Assembly (NCBI GenBank): GCA_021432655.1
Contig: MU271664.1
Location: 1 to 33,787, forward strand
Source of the DNA: Atractiella rhizophila
Lineage: Eukaryota
Direction of reading: 5' to 3'
DNA: 33,787 nt
Both the position numbers and the translations under genes were made by a program. Each line of letters begins with the position of its first letter. Within the stretch, counting starts at the first letter, position 1. Shown here in pieces: positions 24,303 through 33,787 of the stretch. The notes beneath the pieces were generated by a model. That model worked only from the letters and a program-made list of their open reading frames with translations. It was not told the DNA's origin and searched no databases.

Positions 24303-26327
24303 GAACGTAGCTGTTGCAATAGAACGGACGAAGGCAAAAGATGACGTGGTCTGGCGTGTTATATCCTTCTTTTATGATATGCGTCACATTACGCCCTGCA
24401 TTTACTGAAATAAAGCTTGGCATGGGCAGAACCTTCCACAGCTCGATAAATGCACAAGATCTCCTTTCCGACAGTGCACAGTGGCCTGCAGGTGGTTTGC
24501 AGGACAAGGGATCTAAGGGAATGCCGATGTAAGTTATGCCATGTCTCCTTGGATGATCCTTGTGAGAACTGCAAGATACGGCAATCTGCTCATAAACATC
24601 AATGCACTTCTTCCCCAAGCATTTAAGACAATGTTCATGCTGACAGCAAGTAGATAGTAGAGGTCCCCACTGAGGGAACATGAGCTGCAGGGACGCCACT
24701 GGGAGCGAGGAGGGTTGAAGTTGACAGTTGACAGCTCAGGCCTCAGGTTAGAACCGTGGCCTTTGAAACCAAACAGCATGAAGAGAGGTAAGACACAATA
24801 GAACTTCTCGCAAACATATCTGTTGGCACATCGACGCTCACCATCCCAATGCCAGACGACTAAGAATCTCACAATGCAATGCAGACTTATCGATATCCCC
24901 AATTACTCTTGGAAGTGCCTTGCAGTCCCACCCCTTAATAATCCGTATTCTCCCTTGGACCGAATCGAGGACAAATTCCAAGGTTACTTGTGGAGGATAC
25001 ATGTACATGTAACCGTTTCTGACAGTTTGGCCCTAACCCAAATTAAAACACCAATTGTGGAACAAACATGTAATAACCAGCACTATCACAATCTGGTTTA
25101 AAAGCTTGATCAGACATCCTCCAGAAGACGTGCCCTAGCAGGAAGGAGAAGACGTAGGAGAATGAAATCTCTGTGCTTCTTCGTTTTTCGCAGGGATCAT
25201 GCGAGTACCCTTAAAAGGCGTACCTTACATCTTCGAGCCTCTGGTCTTCCGTTGTCGCTGCCAAAAGTGCTGCCCCAACTGAGAAGTCTGGGTAGTTGAG
25301 AATCTCGTGATGTGATGTCGTTTGCTCCGCAGCAAGTCGCATTTTAGATCCTTTTCCCGACAATTACTCGCGCATTACAATGCCTTCCAAAGCCAATTAA
25401 TGCGCGACTGATAGAGTAGGTATCTGACTTAATATCCCGCCAAAATAGTAGGAATGGACGACCTACGTGTAACAATGAAAGAAGAGCTAATGCTCGAATT
25501 TTTATGAGACATTCAAGCTGGCTCTCTTCTCTTCCTCATAAATAAATAACACTAGCAAAAAAAATGCAAAGATGGGAGAAGTGCTTGACACCTGAATAAG
25601 AGAGAGTTCCATCCTCACATTCACAGAGGAAGAAGGACAGGCCAAGACTTATTGAGTCACGCATGCATTTCGAATCCTGCATATCTTCGTCTCTAGTGCT
25701 GGACAATTCCTGATCGATGTAGATGTTTGCTAATCTTCTACGACGTGCAGTACGGAAGCCGTAACAAAGAGCACCTGGTACTAGACCAGAAACTGCTGCA
25801 ACAGAACGCTCTGCCAAAATGACCTTGTGTCTCGCCCATCGATCGTACCACAATCTCTGGTACTCCTTAGATGCCCTTGTTGAGCTCAAGCGTCGCTATA
25901 AGAATCCCATATAAGCTGAAGTCTGATCTGCTGGCGATGAGCAGCCCCTCAGTCGCGTCAACACCCAACAGCGGCATTTCCCCCCTGTTCAACTCCCCTA
26001 GACGGCCATTTATCTCAATTCGCTCTTCTTTACCTCACCCATACCAATACTGACACATTATGCCCGCTGGCTGCTACAGAGAGCAAATAGAGTAACACAG
26101 GAGAGACTTATAACGGTGCGGCACGTGACGGCAACAACTTCTTATCCGCTCGCAAACTCTCGCTCGAACCTCCTCAAACCACCACGATCTCCCCTTGATA
26201 ACTTCATTCACCTCGAATACGTTAAAAAAATAAATATCAAAAACTAGGTATACCTGTTTCGACTAGATATCGAGAAAAAGTGGGATATTAGACACCTTCT
26301 TTTCCGCATCGATATTCTAGGGTAAAC

Positions 26328-29300
26328 ATGCCCCCCTTGTCTTCAAATATGAAGACGACTTCTTCAGCTCCTACACTGGGCTACACACTTTACCTTCCTC
26401 AACCTGGCGCTCCAAAACGCACAGCATCATCGGAGGGTGGAACAATCAATCCAGCTACCTCAGCCGCAGATGGCGCCACCACGGACAAGGAACCACCCAC
26501 CACGGTCGGTGGGCCTCACCCTGACGAAGGCATAGTTGCATCTCATGGGAAGCTTTTGGTCAAAGAGTCCATTCCTTCTGAAGGGAAAGGAGACTTCGAG
26601 AAGGAAGGAACTGGAAAGAGGACTACAACAGGTGCGTAGACATCCTTTCAAAAATAAATGGTTGACTTTCGAACCACAATTGCAGGCACTACATTGCCCA
26701 CGAAACAGCCTCGACAGTTGACTCCAGGTATCGATAATACCTGCGGAATCTCTGATTCTCAGATAAATGCTCCAAACCTACCGTCTACCACCTTACCGCT
26801 ACGAGGTCAACCCCATTCTGCTTCCGCTTTGCCATCGATACCTACGGAGTTGCATTTACCCCGGATTCCGATTGTGAGACCAGTTACTGATGAAGGAGAG
26901 GAGCACAGCGAGCTTGGCAGAAATGACGAAACTGGAAATAGGAAAAGGAAAAGGGGGGTTATTGTTCAATCGAACCCTGAAAGGAACTTGGGAAGCAAAT
27001 TAGGTGAGTATCGGACATTTTGTTGTGGAGTGGGATGGTTGAGCAATGTCGTGTTAGTCGCATCCCTTCAGTCCCCACGTCCCGACGATCAATCTCCGAA
27101 AGATACCCCCGATTCAACAAACAGATATGATTTTACCTGCTCCTGCGGTATGTGTATTCCCTATCAACTTAGTTTGCAGAAGCTCAAGCGGTTTTCTGCT
27201 TATAGTGGAATGCAGGAAGATCAAGGTTGGACTTTTTTCACAAAATAAACCATGAGCTCACAATCTCGCATAGATGAAATGCGAAAAGGAGACGGGAAAC
27301 CCTTGCGAACGTTGTGTGAAGAAAGGAATCGAATGCTTGTACGTTGTTCCCCCTCTCGCTTCGCTTTGAACCGAACCAATCGGACTTGGTAGGCCCCCGT
27401 TGAACACAAAGTCATGCAAACTGAAATGCCGTACGTCACCTCCTTCAAATGCGATCCATATTGATGTTTCCCGCCAATAGAACGCTGTAAAGAGCGAAAC
27501 GTTCGTCCATTCCTCTCAGTTCTAGCATGATGATGAAGAGCTTTTTGGTCAGTTTGTTTGCCTGCGGAAAGACGAAAACACTGCATGTGGTCGCTGCCAA
27601 AAAGATAATAAGGATTGCTTGTGGGTAGCCACTAACTTCAAATGAGTCATGTACTGACATAAGTTAGGGCGAGGACTGATGGAAGAAAGAAGGTGGGGTT
27701 GAGAAGAGCGCGACGCAGAACGTCCGTACTTGTCTCATTAATCTGCGATAGCAAATTCACGAAGTATGGGCTACAGGCTTGATATAGTCGATTCAACCGA
27801 AGAAAGTGCTGCTCCTTCTCCCTATTCTCCCGTTGTCCGAGCGCAACCTATCGCATGTCATGTTGAACCTCCTAGCATACAGACTCAGTCTGATTCTGCG
27901 AAATGCTCAATCCAGCCAATTCAAAAGGACCAAGGAACTCGTCAAATCGCTCCGCTGCCGCGACGATCAACTCATTCCACCACGACCCGGTATCCTTGCG
28001 TACCGCACATTTCGTCTGACTACCTTAGCCAAGGCTCATCCGAATGTCAACCTGCCTTAGACTCTACCACTGTCGCCAACCAGTCGCTATCACCCCGTCT
28101 CGCTTTCATCGAGAGTGAAGTATCGACATTCCTGGACGAACACATTGGTGCTGGTTTTGCGACAGGGACCTCACAGCCTCAGTTATGTCTGAAAGATGCA
28201 AATAATGCGATTAGCAGCAGGCCCGGTCATCTCTTCCAATTTTCGAACACCGCGAACTTGTCTGCAGCAGCACCATACACGAACTACTATAGCCAAACCA
28301 CAGTGCCTGATGGACCCATCTCAGTCCAGACTGCTGTCGCTGATCCATGGTTACAATCCGATCAGACGAAGGATTCTCTCTCAGGATTCCTCAGCAAACC
28401 CATTGGCGCTGGTTATGTGGCAGGGACCTCACGGCCTCAGTTAGTACTAGAAGATGTGAACGACTCTAAGTCCAGCACGCCTCATCCTCTCTTGCAAGCG
28501 TCTAGCGTTACGAACTTGCTCCCCATGGAACACATCTCGTCCTTCAAATACAGAAGGCAAGACTCAACCGTCGATCGACCTACCTCAGCCCATGCCGCTG
28601 TCGTTGACCCGTCACCAACATTCCGTCTCGCTCTGATCGAAAATGAAGTATCGGCATTCCTAGACCAACACATAGGTCCTGGTTTTGCGGCAGGGACCTC
28701 GTTGCCTCAGTTAAGGCTAGAAGACGCAAATGATACGATTAGCAGCAAACCTTATGCTCTCCCTCAATTGTCGAGCACCTCGAACTTGCTTGCTGCAGTA
28801 CCACACACTTCGTCCTCTAAGTGCCTTAGCCAAGCGGCGGGTCAACTCAGCTTCGCTGATCCCACACTGCAACTCGATCAGAGCGAGATCGACAGTTTTT
28901 TCTCAGCATTGGGCAACCCACCAGTGGAAGTTGACTTTGCTGCAGCAACACAGTCAGGACCAGGACCAGAAGATACGAATGCTACTGTGTGCACCAATCC
29001 CAGTTCGCTCCCACAACCGTCTGTCACTGCGACCTTCCCTCTTGTTCCTATCACATCACAGGCAGCTCCCGACTACCCTAGTCAAACCTTCGCGGATTAT
29101 CATCCCCTCTTGGCCGCTCCAATCCCCGCTCTCTCGTTGCAAGATCTCGACGGTATCTTCTCGTTTTCCCAGGACCCATCTGTCGATGCTAGCTTTCTAC
29201 CAGCAACGTCACCATCTCTGCAGGCAGAAGTCAGAAACATCGCTGATCCCCTGAAAGATCTTTCTGCTTTCTTGAAGCTTTGGTCGATGCCGACTTCGCA

Positions 29301-29622
29301 GCCACTCCCCTGTTCGAAATCCAGTTCTCTAGACGGATGCACAACCTGGTTTCGGGAGTTCGAAAAAGGGAGATGGGAAGCTTATAACTGGCAGTCACGG
29401 GCTCTCATTGAAGGCGAATGCGCATACGGCCCCTTTCGTCTCCTAAATTGGCTCAAGACCAAGGATCATGTGCATTCAAACGATGCAGGGATGTTCAGCC
29501 CTAGTTATTTGCCTGCCATGGAAGTTTGGATTCGTCCCACCGACAACGAGCATCAATACGAGTTATTACCTTTCAAACCTTTGGGGAAATCCCAGCCGTT
29601 CATTTTGGAAGCTTGTCTGTAG
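26328..29622 (+). CDS. Large Zn(II)2Cys6 protein with two tandem clusters, internal repeats and an unknown C-terminal domain
   Basis: Introns include 26632-26685, 27004-27057, 27148-27205 and 27722-27776. Cluster 1 is C-VE-C-RKIKMK-C-EKETGNP-C-ER-C-VKKGIE-C and cluster 2 is C-QR-C-KERNFV-C-LRKDENTA-C-GR-C-QKDNKD-C. Microexons at 27206-27225 and 27481-27500. NLS-like RKRKR before the clusters. The junction to the last large exon is plausible but less certain. Confidence 0.8.
28090..29040 (+). repeat. Degenerate tandem repeat, ~86-90 aa (~260-270 nt) unit, 3 clear copies plus weaker ones
   Basis: CAGGGACCTC recurs at 28163, 28421 and 28691. The peptide FL..[HP]IG.G[FY].[AT]GTS.PQL.L[KE]D.N...SS.P..L.Q.S...NL occurs three times. 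Copies 1 and 3 (offset 528 nt) are clearly alignable at DNA level. Confidence 0.9.
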
Positions 29623-29761
29623 GAGTGAGTTGAGAAGATGATTGAGTGGATGAATATCAAAGTATGTACGAATGAGGACTGTCGTTGTTTTGAACCCAAA
29701 TGCAATGCAATTATGTACGATCCAAAGATTACAAGAAAGTCTAGATTGTCCCTACAAGAGA

Positions 29762-31929
29762 TCAAACCAGGCACTTAACGTCTCCTTCCAACATAGCGAG
29801 TGTAGCTCCCAAGCTCCATCCCAACTCGACTCCATCGACCTGCTTCCCGACCAAAAGCTCCCGAGTGTCATCCAGCTCCCATCCGACCTCAAGCAGTCCA
29901 ATCATCCACCCCAGATCCAAACACCACTCCGGTCTTCCTCTCATCTCCTCCTCCAACTCCGCACCGTCGAGCCAAGTTCCCCAACTCTTCGGACCCTCAC
30001 AGACATCCCTAGCCATCGACTTCAACTCTCCCAGCGATATAGTTCCCCAAGAAGCGGAGGTGTGAAGAAGGGGTAGGATCCTATCTGTGAAGTACGACAA
30101 AGCCCAGAGCGGTCCCGAAAAGTGGGCATTCATAAGCGGCTGCCACACACCGCCAAAGCTACACGGTGGGAGAGTGCAAAGCTGATCCTTGCCGACCGCA
30201 AGGTTGACCAGTCGACGACAGGCTTCGTAAGGCTTGTTCCCCTCCGGTCCGTAAAAGGTCACTTCCTTCTTCTCCCGATCCTTTGGATCCAGCATGACCT
30301 TCTTCTCACTTCCGGGGTAGAAGCAAGGATGTGGTATCCGCGTATCCGACTTCAAGTCGTCCCAAGCCATAGGAGTTTTTGTGCGCAGGGAGGACCAGAG
30401 GGTTGTATGGACCAGGAGGTTATGAATGGTTCGACGGGCCTCCATAAGGCCATAGCCTAGGTGGGAGTGCTGGTAGAGGAGGTAGGACTCGGGAGAAAAG
30501 GTGAGGTTGTAGATGTGAGTCGGCGGAAGTTCGAGAGAAGGATCGAGGGAATGAGGAGAGAAAACGGTTTGAAGAGATGCGCCACCTAAATCGATGATAC
30601 CAGCTGTGTGACTCTTTGATGTACTGGATGCCGGTCCGATGAGGGAAGAGAGGTAGTTTAGTGTTATCCAACTGTATACGCCTTTTCCAATCAAGTCAAC
30701 ATTTTATTTGAAACCTCCATAGACTCAACGTTGACGGAAGAGAAAGGGGAACGGAACTGTAAACGTGTTCCACGAGACAGCCTTTTAATATGGTTTGCTC
30801 TAGATCGCTAATGCCACGGCTAATACATCGCCACCTCGAACCTGGCGCACCGTTCTCATTGACTACATGCTTTCCTCCACCAGGGTGAGCAGAAAAAATA
30901 GCACACAAAGAAAAAAAGCATTCAACCTGTTGTGGCATCTAAATTCATTGACAACACCGCTGTGCGCAACTTTGACGCTGATAAGTGAAATTGAGAAATA
31001 TGCACGACACTCCTTCGCTCTCGCCAGAAGAAGGTAGCCAGTCATGAAGATCAAAGGTGCTGCAACGAATAAGTTCAGAAACAGCAATAAAGTCAAGCAA
31101 TAATCCAGAATTTCGATCTAACTGCAAACTCCCGTCCCTTTATCAAATAAAAAGACGCACCTTCATCGCTGCCATCCATAATCTCCACAGTTGGCGCACC
31201 CTCTTTCGTTCCGGTCAACGGGAACCCATAACTTCTCTCAATCAATCCCTCGACCTCTCTCAAAATGGCGTCCGCCTCTCTCTCGCCCAGCAATCTCAGA
31301 CCAGCTGTCGCTTTAACAGAAATAGGACTGCACTTCCACTCGTCCTGAGGCACGCTCTCCTTCGCCTTCTCCAGCAGGGGAACGAGGGACAATGCTGCGT
31401 CTCGAGCGGTAGCGAAAGTAGAAGAGGAGAGACCGGGGTTTAGGGAGAGGAAGACTTCGTTGTCCAGCTTCAAAGACGGTGCGGAGGTTGACGATGGAGA
31501 TTGGCAGTAGAGGAACTTGTAGACGTGTATCCGACTGCCTGTGGACCCCGCATCGATCATCATCGCATACTGATGGCTCCTATGCGGCTTAGGAGGAGGA
31601 ACGCATAAGGCCTCCCCCTTACTCCCTCCCGCGCTCTTCCCACTCCCGCTTCCTGTGCCTGGAAAGTAGCCGTTTGGGTCAGAGACGGGGGAGGAGCCGT
31701 AGGAGAGGTAGAGGATGAGTATGAAGATGCCGAGGAAGGCGAGGAGCGTGCGGCGGGAGGAGAGCATGCCTTTCTTGTTGGCGTTGGGCGAGTTGGAGCT
31801 GGACGGCGGGAATGTCTGCGGGAGGGGGCTGAAGCGCTTGGAACTGGAGTTGGACGACGAAAACATGCTCGTGCGAGTTGGTGACGGCGCTGTGGTGGTC
31901 CGGGTCGAAGAGGATGAGCGACGGCGCAT
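29762..31929 (-). CDS. GDA1: Golgi guanosine-diphosphatase / apyrase (GDA1/CD39 family)
   Basis: N-terminal TM segment (LLAFLGIFILILYLSY) and all five apyrase conserved regions: IDAGSTGSRIH, ATAGLRLL, MDGSDEG|VYSW, DLGGASLQ and GWSLG. One intron, 30682-31160. Confidence 0.95.
30682..31160 (-). other. Unusually long (479 nt) GDA1 intron with several hairpins; candidate ncRNA host
   Basis: The GTGCGT donor and AAAAG acceptor rejoin ACR3 exactly (DEG-VYSW). About 8-9 times the local intron length. The intron itself is well supported; the ncRNA content is unproven. Confidence 0.8.
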
Positions 31930-32327
31930 CGACTTGTCCACGAAAGTCTCTCCAGTCGCCACAAAAAATGATCTGATCTACGAAAATGCTTGGAAGTTGC
32001 CCTTGTCTCCAATTTGAAATGCTCAACTTTTAACATTATTTATGTTGTGTATACAACGTATTCATAGCAAAACACGAAATCATCAATCATTCTCAAATAA
32101 TCCAACATCTCATCATGGTGGTACATACCAATCGTCGTAAATTCATGAAATAGACAACTAGTGTTTCTTTCTCTCTCGAATTCGAAATTATGGCAGATTA
32201 TCCCCCATTCCTTTGATACAAAGTCTGTAGCGACAATATCAATAATGAGAGCATGCTTGAGGCGTCGAGTGAAGACACGTACTGAAAATTCAAAATCCAA
32301 TATGCCGGATTCAACGCAACACATTTA

Positions 32328-33731
32328 TCATTCACAATTTTCTCCCTGTGTACCATCAGCAGCCTGAATACTCTTCATCAGTTCTTCCCATTCGCTGTCC
32401 TCGATGCACCCGACATATTCTCCTTCGCAAGAATTATACTTGTGCTCCTCATTGTCGATAATTGACGAGTGAGGCTGTTTAGCCATCCGGCTTCCAAGAG
32501 TCTCAGCAGCCCTTTGTTTATCCAACCGTAAGCAACCCTTATGACTAAATATGTACCCTAAACAATCACCCAAAAGCATCAGATAATCCAGCACTAAGCT
32601 CCCAAACCGTGCTCACAAGGATAAAGCTCTTTATGACGCCTCACTTCCATATCCGACTGAATAGCATACCACTCCTTCTCTTCTTCCGGAAGCCGTTCCC
32701 ACAACCTCCCCATATACTTCGCCAGGTCCTTCGCCGCCGGGAACAGGGGACGATACTTGGCGTCATTCGCAGAACGAAACAACATGAACTTGTTCCGAGG
32801 TCTATTGATCCTCTCACCCGTCAATGGGTGCAGCGACGAGTCGTAATACAGCTCTAAGGGAATCCCACATTCTTCAGACCTGTCCTTAGTGCGTAGACAC
32901 TTTTTGACGTGAATCGCGAGGGGCAGACCGAGATAGGTCTCTTTGGAGACTTTGACAACCTTGTGGCCGATCTTCTCGTCCGTGGGCTCCATCCGATAAG
33001 TTCGAGGCGTTGATGAACTTTCTACCGCATGCTGAGACTCCACATCTAAACTGAAAGGCAAATTTAAAATCGACTGTCCACCCACGAGCGCGGCAGAAAC
33101 TGAAACAAAAAAGTCAGACAGGAACGTGATGACAAGAATCCGTACTTTGCGACTCAAAATTTCTTACCACATTTGGCAACCCTACAGATTTGTTTTCAGT
33201 CGACTGAAAGCTTTGAATCCCGTCTTGATCGTACAATGCCCTGGTGTGGCCTGAAGAAAATGAAAGCGCAGGCCAGTGATACGTGCTCGAATATGGGAGT
33301 GCGTACTGGAGTGCAGGGTAAAATTGGCCAAGCTCAGTAGCATTGACTGTCGACTGTTCCGAGCTTGGAGTAATATATTTAGGATATGGAGAAGTCCCAC
33401 AAGATAGCATGGACGCATTAGGAAATTGAAACGCCATCATTGATGGGAAGTACTGGTCATTGAGAGGATCAATAAAGGAAACTTCATCTGGTATTGCTGG
33501 TTGAGACTCTGTAGGAAGTTGATCCGTCGTTCTGCAATGATTAGACATATTGGAGGAAGAAGAAAAATCATCCATATTTGAAGATTCAAAGGTGAAAGTG
33601 GTTGTTCCAGGTGATGCAAGAGGAACAAGGGAATTCTTGTTTACATTCTCGGGCGGAAACGCTCTCGAAACAAACAACGAGGAACCAGGTTGTCGTCCTT
33701 TAAACAGCGACGGGTAGACAGCCTTCATCAT
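32328..33731 (-). CDS. MATA_HMG-type HMG-box transcription factor, probably 5'-partial
   Basis: RINRPRNKFMLFRS...DLAKYMGRLWERLPEEEKEWY...RRHKELYP|WYIF, with an intron just after ELYP. Upstream S/P-rich exon at ~33168-33731; the junction near 33040-33167 is not resolved. A CTAAT...TGCAG acceptor at ~33742 suggests more exons beyond the window. Confidence 0.8.
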
Positions 33732-33787
33732 TGCCCTTTTGCTGCAGATTAGTTTTCAGAGAGAAGGAACAAGAAATTGTCGTTAGA

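Noticed and set aside
25031..25039. CCCTAACCC as a telomerase RNA template or interstitial telomere
   Set aside because: A single 9-mer with no visible supporting structure and no tandem array.
25536..26053. ORFs 25536-25889 (-) and 25871-26053 (+) as genes
   Set aside because: No recognisable motif or consistent splice model; possibly decayed sequence.
31031..31040. 10-nt complement to LSU rRNA (AAGGUAGCCA) as a snoRNA guide
   Set aside because: A 10-nt match between ~480 nt and several kb of rRNA is expected by chance; no properly spaced D/D' box or H/ACA pocket.
31005..31080. TPP riboswitch in the GDA1 intron (CCUUUGAUCU...AGCGAAGG resembles P4/P5)
   Set aside because: The essential UGAGA pyrimidine-sensing junction, the P2/P3 arrangement and the short UAAU-type L5 loop are missing.
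30682..31160. U4, U4atac, U5, U6atac, U3, SRP or RNase P/MRP RNA in the intron
   Set aside because: Only isolated short resemblances; the defining motifs (Sm site, U6-pairing arms, full U5 loop 1, CR-I/CR-V) were not found.
32040..32324. 94-aa minus-strand ORF as an extra HMG exon
   Set aside because: The HMG frame already stops at 32328; AT-rich 3'-UTR/promoter-like sequence with no convincing splice join.
1..33787. CRISPR arrays, rRNA, tRNA, intact transposons, CaaX pheromone precursors
   Set aside because: No repeat-spacer arrays, cloverleafs, RT/integrase/transposase motifs or convincing short CaaX ORFs were seen by eye.

Overview
Gene-dense, intron-rich eukaryotic DNA (introns mostly ~45-65 nt, GT-AG, CTRAY-type branch points). 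The gene set and intron style point to a basidiomycete fungus; that taxonomic call is inference. Splicing the exons by hand gives about 12 genes in this order: an intronless F-box-like gene (-), a small ABM/Dabb-domain gene ending in SKL that the ORF track does not resolve (+), a conserved fungal hypothetical secreted protein (+), a PYP1/MtnX-like HAD phosphatase (+), eIF2-gamma (+), two adjacent Zn(II)2Cys6 genes (+), TOR kinase with ~33 introns (+), a DUF1264/OBAP protein (-), a third Zn(II)2Cys6 gene (+), a GDA1/CD39 apyrase (-) and a MATA-type HMG-box gene (-, probably 5'-partial). Main oddities: (i) five zinc clusters in three genes, all split by the same three introns around a 20-nt microexon, with two genes carrying tandem double clusters and none showing a recognisable middle homology region; (ii) a 479-nt, hairpin-rich single intron in GDA1 with a U4-like kink-turn motif; (iii) repeated RNxF-[S/D]P-TP motifs and ~88-aa repeats in the TF tails; (iv) a candidate spliced micro-ORF running divergently from eIF2-gamma. 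No rRNA, tRNA, CRISPR or intact mobile element was seen. All exon models are hand-derived and unverified by transcripts.
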